From assembly GCA_051362555.1 (NCBI GenBank), contig CM120645.1:22010001-22074000 (forward strand): DNA of 64,000 bases, read 5' to 3'. Positions 38,301-51,141 of this stretch are shown here, in pieces. The stretch's first letter is position 1, and each line of letters begins with the position of its first letter. The notes below the pieces were generated by a model that saw nothing but the letters and a program-made list of their open reading frames with translations, had not been told where the DNA came from and searched no databases. Position numbers and translations under genes: made by a program. This stretch comes from Lingula anatina (taxonomy: Eukaryota; Animalia; Brachiopoda).

Positions 38301-39967
38301 CAGACTTGACATTTAATATGGAATATTTCAGTTTTAAAGGTACCTAGGAAAAATGCGTTCTTTTTTCAAAAAATTCAGATCTCATATAAGATATCTGACT
38401 GGAGAAGTGTGAAGACAGGTGTGTCTCTACCAATTAACTGATTACCAAGTCTGAAGCATTGCTGCATTGTGTAATATGCAGTGATTTGATTGGGTAGTGC
38501 TCCTTTGGGCTGGCCAAAGCTTGGCTTTGGCGAGGCATGGTTCTGTCAAAAATGTATCCATATGTCGGCAACCATTGCATAGAAGAATTTGAAATTTTGC
38601 ATGCAAGCGGTCGGTTTTGCAGTGCGTAAAATAAGTTAAGCATTGTTTATCAAAATCGTTAAGCTGTGTCAGAATGGCGCGAAAAAAAAAAAAAAACAGA
38701 CATTGCCAGGCAGATTATTGCCCCAAACGGAACTGTCCGCACAGTTTCATAGAGTAATGCCCAGGGTTATGTACCCACACAGACAACACGTCCAATGTAT
38801 CGATATCTTACCACCAGGATACAGGACTCATTGTCCTTCAGGAAATGCTGCTACAATTAAACCAAAACCACCTAGTCCGTTTTAAATGAGGGGCAAATTG
38901 TCACCAAAACGCGTTTTTCAAGGCGCTAAGCGAAGGCCGAAATGGTTTCAGCAGGTTAGGATATTAGGCGACCTCTGAGGAAGCCACTGTAAACAGCAAA
39001 ACAGCGTAGTCTGTTTCTCTAATGAATTGTGGACCATGACCGTTTCTGGGCAGAACACTTAAATCGCGTTGTTTTCTTTATTGAGGTCAGATTTCACCAG
39101 TACCGCTAAATTGGTCAAAAAAGAGTTAACAGACATCCAGAAGAGGCCTACGACAATGTGTGTGCCGCTTCTGAAGTGACTAGGGCCATTGATAGCGTCA
39201 ATATTTGGAGTTGATACCACATTGGTGCCAAAACACCAATGGAAGTCATCGATGAAAACCTGAACCAGATCAAATAAAGGAATAATCTGGGAACCACTTG
39301 ACTATCATTTGATAGGGGGCACCTTAGGAACAGTTTAAGGTTGCACGATCAGATTATTGGTTCACACAGAGAATTTTTTATAGCAGATAACTTACAGAAC
39401 CAAAGGAATAAGCAGCTACCTTGGTCATCAAAATCGCCATATTTGAACCACTTTGACAATATGTGGTTCGGTCAATAGTCGCCGAATCAACGGCCTGCAT
39501 GTCCTACAACAAAACTGAACCAAATTGGACACGTTTTAACCGTTGACTGGAATTTTATTCCAGATTAAATTCTAAAAACACTATCGCAAGAAATGCCTTG
39601 CCTCTTGAAAGCTCTGGTAGCACGAAGACAAGGTCAGGCATAGCAGCGACTGTTACTGTGACTAGACACTGACATGAGGGTCTTTTGTGGGTCGTGTAAC
39701 TCTTTTAAAGACGATAATTTGGAAGACATGGAGATCCAAAATATCGCTTTCAATGGTTGTCGTATGACTTAAAATTGGCAATGCATTTTTGTTTGCTTCA
39801 CTGGCGAAGTCAATGAAAGAACTGATGTCGCAATGACATGGAACATTTTATCAAAAGTTATTAAAACACGATTTTAATCCTTATTTTTATTTATCAGTCT
39901 GCAAAATAGGAAAAAAACTGATGAATAATGATTTAGAAAAAATATTCCATATTAAATGTCAAGTCTG
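38301..39967 (+). mobile_element. Tc1/mariner transposon relic (1667 bp)
   Basis: Perfect 28-bp TIRs CAGACTTGACATTTAATATGGAATATTT with TA on both sides. Decayed transposase motifs NRVVFFIEVRFH (~39062, cf. VLFSDESRF) and LPWSSKSPYLNHFDNMW (~39416-39466, cf. WPSQSPDLNPIENLW). Confidence 0.88.
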
Positions 39968-39980
39968 TATATAGATATAT

Positions 39981-40023
<43 letters not shown>

Positions 40024-40115
40024 GGGGGGGGGGGGGGTTAAGACCATCTTTTCAAAAGCATTACATCTGAAAAATAAAATACAAGCTATAAACATGTGCA
40101 ATGTCATTTTCTTTG

Positions 40116-43100
40116 CTACTTTGATTGTTTCCGAGTAAATATTTCGTGCAACTGGATAACATACCCATCTGATCGACTTCTCCTACGAATGTGTATCCCT
40201 AGCGCAATAACTATACAGGTTAATATCAAACTGACCAAAACGGCAACCCCAGCTACGATGTAGCCAATAATACCAAACAGAGTGCTCTCCGGGGTCGATG
40301 ATTTAATCGTGCATTTTTCAGTCACCATTTCGGTCATAAGCATAGTTGCTGTAGCCACTGCAGGTGTTTTGAGTTCAGTTGCTATTGTGATTCTTTCAGT
40401 GGTTGCCTCTGTACTTGTTGCTATATCGGGGGAAGGAAAGGGGTTGCTGTAGACAAAAGAAACAGACACGATGTTTGACCTTTCTCCTGTCTGATTTTTA
40501 TCGTCCGTGGCCACTAGTGTAATGAAATACGTGATATTCAAATTGTTTGCTTGGTTGAATTGGACGACGAAAGTTTCTGTTTCACCGGCTGGTAAGGGAG
40601 AATCAAGATTTCCTTGGATAAGATCCCCAGCAAAGAGTTTATTGGCGTTTTTGAAGTTTAGTCGGAGTTCAGAGATTGACGAGCTGTAGCGAATGGTGTA
40701 ACTCGATGCTGAAAGACAGAAAAAACGGCGTGTGAAAATATCAGTTGGAAGAATGCAGCTGCTACTCTCTTTCAGTTTTCACTTGATTTTTTTCAAGTTA
40801 CACAATATATTTTAGTCCCGTTACAAAGAAATTACAGATATTCATTATAATTGATTAATACAATTATAGTTTTGCATTTTTAATAAAATGATACAGTATC
40901 TCATTTTAGAATACGTGTACTGTCAAGGTAACGTCCCCAACATATTTATTTTACTATTTTGTCTGTATCAGTCTGATGACATGAAGTGCAATTTTTTGGG
41001 GTGAAGGACCAGTAATTTTATTTCTTCGTTGCTTGAAAAATACCAATGCAATTCCCAATTGTACCCTATGGTGCCAGGGGCCTCTAAAATAGCATTCAAA
41101 TTATAGCGATTTTGAAACGGACTACTAACGTACACTATTGTCAGAGAGTAATAATATCCCACTTACCATTTCCTTGATCCAGATCATCACCAGTGGCTGT
41201 CCAGGACAGTGTCACAGTTTTATTTTCATTGTTAACTGCTACCAGCGCCAGGTCGTAGATTCTGCCAGGAGGGTACAGGTCAGGTGGTTCTGAACCAGGC
41301 GTCGAAGTTGGAAGATTCCTTACGGTGAATAAACCTCCGCTGTCGGAACGCTGAAATGGTTCTACAGGCTTGTTGGTGATATCGTCATGTAAGCCGTTTG
41401 CTGAAGCAGTAATAATAAAGGTGTTGTTTATGGTTATAAGCGGATGGCAAACACAGAACGTTATTTCAACGTTCCAATAACGTTTATATGACCGGTATAC
41501 GTTATGGTTACTTTATGGTTACGGAACGTTATGTTTTTTTGGAAGCAAAACGGTCGGAATTTGATTGATGATACAGAATAACTCAATTGGATTATTGTAA
41601 AAAAATCAGAAAAAGAAGACCAACAATCAACAGTGCGAGACTATAGCTTTGTCGCTATCATCAAATGTATAATAACATTAGACTCTTTGTCGCTAGTTCA
41701 AGTTGTATTGATTACATGTTGCCATTTTTCTTGAGAAAGACTGTTGGTTATTATTAGCAGCGTTTAATACTCACATGCAGCGGATTTAACCGAAGCACCT
41801 TCTTCCCCTTTTACTACAACTTGCACTGAATGTCTCCCGTTGCCTCCAAAGTTAAGAAAGAACGCTGTGTAGATCCCATCGTTCTTTGCGTTATCCGCAC
41901 CTTTGTGGGAAAATTAAACGTATTTGCTTACCTCATTGATATATATTGAGCAAATTAAATTTTTCATTAAGCAGATTCATTTTAAGACACTGACATTTGC
42001 AGGATACCTGTATTACAGTAATATCCAACATTCGAATATGTCTTCCTCGGCAAGGAATGCCATATTCTAAATATCTTTTTCTATGTCATAAAAGTGAAGC
42101 ATGTAGCGTTTGCAATTTGTAAATGATGCATTGCTTGTCAACGCACTTAATTGTTATATAAAATCATTAAAAAAATCAAGAAGGTTAAGCAATCGTAATG
42201 GGAACTTTGTTATAACTGAAGCATAGTACACTAAACGGACGCAACGTTTATTCTGCGTGATTGTTAAGAAACCAGTAACTGGAACATCAATAAATGTAAC
42301 TTTACCTGTCCCATTATCAAACAGCTGTAATGTGTGGATATTACCAGTACCCGTGTCAACATAAGCCATCACAGTGGCGCCAACTACCGGTGTGTAGCCT
42401 TGACTAACCTCTCCGTATATGGCAATGCGGTATAAACTGGGATCTGGAACGAACATTCTACATGTCACAAGAGCATGAATAATATGCGTTGGAACGGAAA
42501 AAGGTGCTTGGCAGAACTTAGGCCTATAGTTTTAAGTCGTTATGCCTCATGAGTCATAATAATTGCTGAATGGTAAAGCGCACATTTAAGAACAAGAAAA
42601 CATAAAAAAGAACACCTTTGAGTGTCGGAATGGATTCATTACCATGTGAAAGGATGGGTAAAATTACCGTTTTCCCCAGGAAAATCCATTTTTGGCCAAA
42701 ATGAACAGTTGTTATCCTTTGAAGCTTAGTTTTGTGCTGGCCCGTATGAGGACGTGCGTGTTTCTTTAATAACAAATATCACATTTACCTGCAATATCTA
42801 CGGTATCACTGCTCACACTGGCACTCAGCACAATGGGTGCAGCGTCTGAAGAGGGGCGTGAAGAGACCTGAACCTGGACTACTGCGTTTCCGGAACCCAA
42901 GCTGGTGACAGTATAGAGCCATTTCCCGACCTGTTTAAAAAGTACATTTGGTAAGCAACGCACACGTCTTTTACAGAAGTACATGTAATTTATGGGAATG
43001 TTTCATTATCAGATGAAAGTGTATATTAAAAAATACTGATACATGAACAGGTGACCTCGTTTACTATCCATTGCTTTGGGCCTGTCTTCTAGCATATTAA

Positions 43101-44481
43101 TTCTCAAAATGAGATTTAAAATACCACAATAAATACATTGTAAATAACACAATGAAATAGAAAAAGCTCCATTTCACCACCAAAACGGCGGTGAGTGCAA
43201 TTATTATGAAATCTATGTTTGCGATCGGACCAGTTGGACCTTTCTAGATGGCTACTCGATCGCTTAAAACAACGTGGAATGTGGGAACTAATTCATTAAC
43301 CATTTTAAAGCACGGGAAAACTCACGTTTAGTCCAGGAAAATCATTTTAATGGCACTTTCCCGTCAAAATAAAGACTTGTCATCCCCTAAACTTAAAATC
43401 GTCCCATTTTCACTGTACTAGTAGGAATATATCTTCCAATCGCCGTCTCTGAATTTTTTTGTGTTAATCTAGAATAAACAACAGTAAAGTTAATGTTATC
43501 AAAACGGAAACTTGTAATCATATACCCTACCTGTGCAGTGCCATTAATATCAATACTCAGTACTCCAGAACCACTGTCCTGCGTTATGGTCACATTGTCA
43601 GGTGCTCTCAGTGTCACAGTGACCAAACCAGTGCTCCATGTGAATAGAAACCGTGTGTTGTTTCCAACAGTACTGTCAATATATATGGAACCTTCAAAAG
43701 AGCTTCCTCCACCGGGGACTGTAAACGATTCTGACAATATCTGAAATTAAATTATTTATTGATGAATTACCGTGCAAATCAATAATGCAATTTGAGAGCA
43801 TATTAAGAGCCGTGAGACCCATTATAAGGTGACCTGAGACTTGTGAGAACTCACCTTTTTACGCTGCAGTAATTTAGTAATAATAAAACCAAATATATTT
43901 CGAGTATATTGATAAAAGATATTGTTCGTTTGCTGGCTCTGAGCGCCTACAGCAGCCGCGCAGTATACTCCCCAGGAAGGCAAGAATGTCATCACCCAGT
44001 ATCTTGACCACAAATGACCAGGCATCCACTGTAATATTTCTTTCCTGTACGACATCAACCCAAAAAGTTGCGATTTTTAATTTAGTTATTATTGTTGATT
44101 AATTATTATTTATAACACATGCTCTACACGGCCAACAATTTACCTGGACTAGAACATCTTTCTGGCCGCTGTTTCTCTGAAAAATGGTCTTAAACAAGGA
44201 GTCCGTTAAAGAAGTCGATAGAGCACTTCCTGATTCAAAGAACGACATGCCACCAGTGTCTTTAGCTAACGATATCAGTTGCTCATCAGCTGCGGCCGTA
44301 AAAAGTACGGCATCCACTACGATTCCCTTCTGTATCAGGATTGGCTTCATTTCCGAAATGTATGGACGAAGATTTTCCTCTCCATCACTGACAACGACCA
44401 AAATACCACCAGCTGCTACCATGTTGTTGTATTCCAACACCTGGTTGAATACAAATCAGCATATATCAGCAGATGGGACTG

Positions 44482-44540
<59 letters not shown>

Positions 44541-47500
44541 ACTATCAGTACTGGTACCTTTTATTCAACTGCTGTAAATGAGATATTCAAAGTGGATGTA
44601 ACAGCAAAACTGAGCAAAAAACATAAATTATTTGAACATACATGTACAGGTAAACGAGAAGGCAAAAAGGGTAATAGTGACAACATCACAACGATGACAT
44701 GACACTTACTGTCTGTTATTATGCACTGGTTACATATTTACAACTATGATCAATACTTGATATAACCCTATATACATGTATAAACAGCTCTTAAATTATA
44801 CAACGGAATATGGTATCAACTTACATTTATGCCTTCGTGGAGACCACAACCAATGCATGTCCCTCCCCCGGCGCTTAGTCCATTAACAATGGAAACCATG
44901 TCTTCTCTCACTGATCTGGAACTCATTGTCGTTAGTTGCTTCATTATGGTAGCTGCAGAGCTGAAAATAACTATACCAACTTGGCTCTCTTCGTCAACAG
45001 CGTTGAGTAGAAACTCTGCACACGCCTTCTTCAGGTTCTCCAATCTGCTCTAAAATATTGAATGGAATCTATAATTTCTAACAGCCGTGAAAATTAAATC
45101 TCTCTTCAGAGAGTTTTTCATTATTTATTCCTAAATCTATGTGTTTATCTATTACTTTATCTACTTTATTAATTTTTTTGCTGCATCCGTCATGTCGAGA
45201 TCACTGTATTTTGAGTGTTCAACACTTCAGCGATTGTGACGTCACATCTAGACTCGCATTTTGGCAGCACTGATCAAGGCTATTGAAAAACTGAGAGGGT
45301 TATCGATACACATCTACATTGTAGTATATACATTGATAGAGAGTTGATAAATTAATTAAAGTTAACGGGGTCATACCAGTAAGATTAATGAACACACATG
45401 TGGCTATGTTAGCATTTGTGTGTGTCAAGAATTTTAATTTAAAAATTACCCAGTCCAAAAGATAAATGATACTTACACCCCCCATACTTCCAGATACGTC
45501 AAGAACCAGTACATATATCTTGGGCTGCTGTTGAACTACTCTGAAGGTGGGAGTTTTATCTATATCACCTTGTACAGGAGGGTTATTATCTAAAATAATG
45601 AAATATAAACACCACTTTATTAAAATTCTGCTTGATGAGTAAATCATAATTTTTCAGGTGAGGTGGATATATATATATTAATTACGTTTGAAATTCTCTT
45701 TACAATTATCGGCCGAACGTACTAGTATTTCTGTGACTGCTTTTAAAAAATCAATTTTATCTTTTCATTTCAGAAATAGTTCTATTTTCAACTAATATTC
45801 ACTTCACACAAAAGTCGAAAATGACCTGTTAGTGGATTGTCATTATTACTGCTATTTTTGCGAAATATGAAACCTGAACCTTACTGTTCCTAAAATCTTC
45901 GTGCTCTCTCATGACTTCCCAAGCACTCCTGCCGTCACAAAGTCTATTCTGCCTGTTAGGAGCCTGGGCGTTATGTAGGCCAAGTACATCTGTATTATCA
46001 TTGTCACAGAACCCGATAACCTGCATAATGATTGTTTCTCTTAAGTTCTTGACACCATGCACTGGGTGGGTGTAGAAACATCACAAAAATAGTAGATAGT
46101 ACTATCTCTTCTTGAAAATATCACTTATTGCCCATTTTATCACTAAAATTTCATTTTCATTCAAACAGAGTCAATGAAGATATAACATATCTCCCCATAT
46201 CATCCGAAATACAATACATTAAAATGTTTCATCAGTTGCGCATGCTTTTGACTCAATGGATAAAATGTGGCAAAAAAGGAAAATAAGTTTCAGATTTCCT
46301 GTGTCTATTGAAAACTTTTAAAACTGAAGCATGTTATGCCTTTGGCTATTTTGAGTTGCACGTTATTTTGTAATTATTCCAAAAAGACAAAGAAAATAAA
46401 AATAGCATCGTCCTGCACTTACAGATGTCACATAATGGTGTGACATAATAGAAGAGGTTCCTTCGTTGTTGAATACATCAGGGGCGAACCTGCAAGCACT
46501 TTCTGGAAGGTTGGTTTCATTATCCGGGTTGCAATTCCACACGAAACCGTCGTTAACTCTCTTATATTCCTTGTCCGTCACTCGCCGGGAACAGCGCACG
46601 CCTTCTATCCTTCCAGATATGGAGTCATGGTAAAAGTGATCATCATTTTCGTCCACCGGGTACTCGTCAAACAAACCCCAGCGCAAATGTCCCCACTTAT
46701 GGAGGAGAGTCTTAGCTGAAATATGAGAAAAAGATACAGTGACCAAATGTACTTTTATCCAAGTTTTATATTTGCCAGACTTCCCTGGCAGAACTTTAAT
46801 GACAATGTGGTAATTTGTCATATACTGGTATCATTAAAATTCGTACAGATTTCAGTATTGACTGTCATATTTATATTTTTTCTAGATAATGACAGCGTGC
46901 TCCTCGGACAACTTGAAGCAGATTTAACACGTGTCTTGAACTCTTCCTTTATTTTACAATAGTTTTCAAGGGTCTTACCAGGAGGCGTCCCATATTGCCT
47001 TGCAACGGCATCATCTAGTATGAATGCAGGAGTCAAGTGCATAAACGTCCCCGGCTGTCCACATTCTCCCTTCTGTTTGACGTATGGGTTGTCACCTTGT
47101 ACACCATTAGGCTTGTCTATAATCACATTGGCCTTTTCAAAGGCTTCAATTCCTGCCTGTCCGTACCCGGGGTTTTCCGTCCATGTTTTAGGAACGAGAA
47201 TCGTGATATTCCGGAGATAGGCACGCTTTTTCGTAGCAGTAAATAGTAGCTGTGACATTTCCACGAAGTATTCCTACAGAATTAATTAAAAAGTTATTTG
47301 CCAATATAAATAGTTTCAGTATCATGTATTGTCTTTTTCAAATAAACCATACCACTGCAACTTGAGCTTTGAAGCTAATTTTTGATTTCATTCGATCCTG
47401 TGTCACGTTATTTTCTTGAGTTTTTTTTAAATGAGCAAGTAAAATGAACGATAGGCTGGCATAACTGCATTTTACTGAATTGAATGCTCCTTTATCTTTA

Positions 47501-48315
47501 TTTTCAAATGCCATGATTCGGGCGCGACGATCGTGATTTAATATTTCTGAGACACAGGTACAGTGCGTTGTGTCGCTGTGGAGCGTAAGTATGAGATACA
47601 TTGTAGGGCATGAAATATAATTGAATTTAAGGTAGCATATAAAGCGACTGGGATATTTTAACAATTCTACTTGAGTCTTTTCTTGCTCATGTCTGCTTTT
47701 GAAGGATAAGAAATAATACAGACTGCGTCAACTGTATTGTTGCACTAACAAAACGAATACACGCGGCCAAGCATTTTAATGTATCTTTTGACAAGGAAAG
47801 CAAGGTTAAAGCTTTCTTTTGCAACCTATGAATGGATTCACACAATAGTACCGTGAACAAATAAAACTCTCAGCCTTACCGATAAAACATTTATATGCTT
47901 ACAGAATCATTTTAATCGAAATTACAAAGGAAGTTTAAAAACCAAGAACACAGGTAATTTGTGTTGTGAAAGCGACCGCAAACTAAGCCTGCACCTGACC
48001 TCCATTGGGGTCATTTTAATAAGTGTACGCTTTGTGACAGACCAGGAAGTGCAATGGGGTAAATATTGGGTACCTAAAGACAGCAATATAAATTGTTAAA
48101 AGCCCAGGTAAGATAAATGTAATGTTTTCGAAGCCCGCTGCCTTTTTTTCCTCGCCCAGGCCACATTCTAAAAGCAAGGAGAGGATGCCTGCATGACCAA
48201 ACCTACATATACCCTGTACTGTTATTTTTAAATAAACTTACTCGGTAACTTGGTGGAGTCATAACCTCGACAATCATTAAGATGGATGGATCGATGCAAA
48301 TAAAGTTGGCATTCT

Positions 48316-48354
<39 letters not shown>

Positions 48355-48833
48355 GCGCACACACACGCATTCATTTGTATAATCTTGGTGGTGCTGTCAA
48401 TAGAACTCAGCAATGATCAAAATACGAATCAGCACATTAACAAATAAGCGTCAACACAGAAGTACAGCCGTACGCCACCATGTCCTCACAATGACCTTAT
48501 CTTCCTTTTTCCAAATAATATTCTAAAAAAGTTTAAGGCATACAAATCGATATTCCTTATCCAAATAAACTGAGTTTCATGACAAATAACCTCCACATAC
48601 CTTGAAACATTAAAAACGTTCAACCTTTAAAAATCACAACAGCCCTATATACTTACTTTGATTCTGGGAATAAGTTTAGGATCTTCAGTAACTTCTGACC
48701 CGATTCCAATGAGAAGTCCTTCGTAGCCGTTGTCAATCAGAGTAACATTGGCGCGCAGCCTTTGGCCCCTTGCTAATGCCGTAAAAGACAGTAACAGGAC
48801 CAAATTGGTTATATGACAGCGAGAGGCTTCCAT
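40116..48833 (-). CDS. CLCA: CLCA-family protein, copy 3 (13 exons, ~992 aa; HExxH Glu->Lys, divergent 3' end, ~23-aa tail)
   Basis: Exons (minus): 48833-48657, 47273-46979, 46715-46423, 46020-45885, 45589-45477, 45049-44825, 44440-44144, 43740-43531, 42930-42789, 42443-42306, 41900-41775, 41400-41167, 40708-40116. Total 2979 nt, in frame. HKWGHLRWGLFDEY; TM LFGIIGYIVAGVAVLVSLILTCIVIALGIHI followed by RRRSRS. A possible donor G|GTATGT near 40165 could add a further exon. Confidence 0.88.
44484..44539. repeat. Poly(A) run (poly-T on the gene strand) in intron 6 of copy 3
   Basis: Direct reading. Confidence 0.9.
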
Positions 48834-49414
48834 AACTTCCGCTCGTCTGAAAAGCCTTCTCTTGGCAAATGGCGACAGGGAAACGATTGTGTTTATTTAA
48901 ATCACGTACAATGTCAATGCACTAGTCTTGCGTATTATTCTGACATTACAGGTAATAGCCAAGTCATTCAAAACGAGTTGCATGAAAAGCTTAATTTCGA
49001 AATATTTGCAGTGCGATGATGGCTTATTTTCTTTATGCGAGCTCAGCTACAAAACACAATAACTGGTGTGTACCTAGAGCGAGAAGTTAACTTCTTTATT
49101 TTTCTTTTGATTAAATTTGCACAAAAGCACCGTTTTAAATATGAAGCAGCACTTTAGGTGCATTCAAGCCAAAGGTTACAGATCACGTCTCCAGAAAACG
49201 ATACACTACGAGACAGTGTAGGAAAATTGTGATAGTCTAATGAAGGGATTTCACCACCAGAGTCGAAAAATGGGAGAAATATCATAAGAGGCCGCTTACT
49301 GGATTACTATTATGAATAGAGGAGGGTAATTGGATAAATGTAACCTCTTAATGCTGCTCTACCGGACAGACATAATCAAAGAACACATATTAGATATATT
49401 TATATAATTACAAG

Positions 49415-49842
49415 AGGCGAATAATTATAGAATTCACGTCAACTATGTACCTTGTGAATGTTGTAAGGATGTTGTAGGGATGTCTGGCGCTTGATATATA
49501 TTATGAAGAACTCAACCTTGAGTCCATGGAACAGAAGAAAGCGGTGGAAGAGTCGGGGCTTTTGAGTGAGTAGCCACAAAACGAAGCTTTCATTTTTGGG
49601 GGATAATTCACTTGGAAATAGTAGCATTGATAAAACCCACGGGAGGTTTAATTTTAGCATTTTGTGTTCTGGTTGCATGGATGGAGTACAGGACATGATC
49701 TCACTTTTCTTAAGCCGCAAGTACTGAAAAGAATTAAATGAAAAGAATAAAAAGACTAGGCTTCTAATTATTAGATTTTCGTTTTTTTTAATTTTCGAAA
49801 AAATATGGAAAGCTGTTTGTGTTGATTTTCAGGTTATATCGG
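49415..49842 (+). pseudogene. Second relic duplicate of the ASIC-like penultimate exon and last intron
   Basis: 49483-49566 matches 5676-5757 almost exactly. A small frameshifting deletion follows the acceptor, and the final exon is deleted as in the 20966 relic. Confidence 0.85.
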
Positions 49843-51141
49843 TTTAACTTGTTTTCACCAAAAAGTCAATTTTTTAATCTATACTGCATCATCCGTTGTC
49901 AATCCTTGTCATAAAATTTACTTATGTCCTTTCTACGCGTTACCTCTTATATGGGTGAAACAATATGATTTTTAAATTTGTACAAACGCAATGACACTGT
50001 GTTAGAGATCTGGAATGCACATATTTTATTGGAAACCCTTCTTTCATCTGGGATATTTAGATTGTAAACAATTCAAATGGTGATTGAATTGCTAACTGTG
50101 AGGCAAATTCTTCTATACCTTAATTTAATGCACATATTTACGTCTATGCATAGATTTACCACCGGTGCAAGTACAAAATTGCACAGCCTGTGTTAAACGT
50201 TCGTATTCACACGTATATGTTGATAACATAGTATAGCGCTTTTGTGATTATAATAATCAGTCAAGCTTTAATACATTTCCCGATTTGGTGTATATGTACA
50301 GATTTTTTACTGTAGCCGTGTGTTCGTGAAGCATATAGACCTTACAGTAGTTAACTAAATGTTCTCATTTGCATGATATATGAAAATTAAAGCCCAAAAA
50401 GTGAATAATATTAATATTAATAAGCTGAGTACCTGCCTGTTATATTTCAATATCTAAATTGTAGTAATCAAATACAATTGTGAAATGTGGTATGCGTATG
50501 CAATATTTGGGTTTTCTTCTTCTCCATGCTGTCAATTTCGTAAAAATATCGATAAGCCGTATTCCAACTATGCCATGACTTCTGTGATTGTCCACGATGA
50601 AATCAGTGATTGAGTTAAACCATTTTAATCATGTTACACATATGTGCTAATAGTAAATGGGTTCGAAATCAAATGCATGTACTGTGTTAACACCTCTGTT
50701 TTCTACATATATACAGTCACGAGTCAGCATAGTGACATGACAATACTACTACAACAGAACACCACACACGTTGTATTTTTCATGATTTAAATAGTATCAC
50801 GTGATCATTATCCTAACTCTTCAAATACATAATGGTCACATCCCACGTACTTATTTGCAAAGCGTTTTTTATCCACTACTTGAACTACAGTGTAATATAA
50901 AAATAAAATGGACTCTAGAAACAAGCAAAACACACTGGTTTTGCGTCAAAGTTAAATTTGTTAATACAGCTTTTTGTCCAATACTATATCACCCCCAGAT
51001 AATATATATGACTGCTCTATTTGCTATTTGTTATCGAAGCTTCTTATCCGTTTTTTTTTTTCTTCAGCCACTAGGCATGTCCAGTATGCCTACTCGAACT
51101 CGATGTTAAACAGACCTTTTGAGGGGCTCGTAAAATAAAGA

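Noticed and set aside
44184-44702. 172-aa plus-strand ORF with poly-Lys
   Set aside because: Antisense to CLCA exon 7 plus an intronic poly(A) run.
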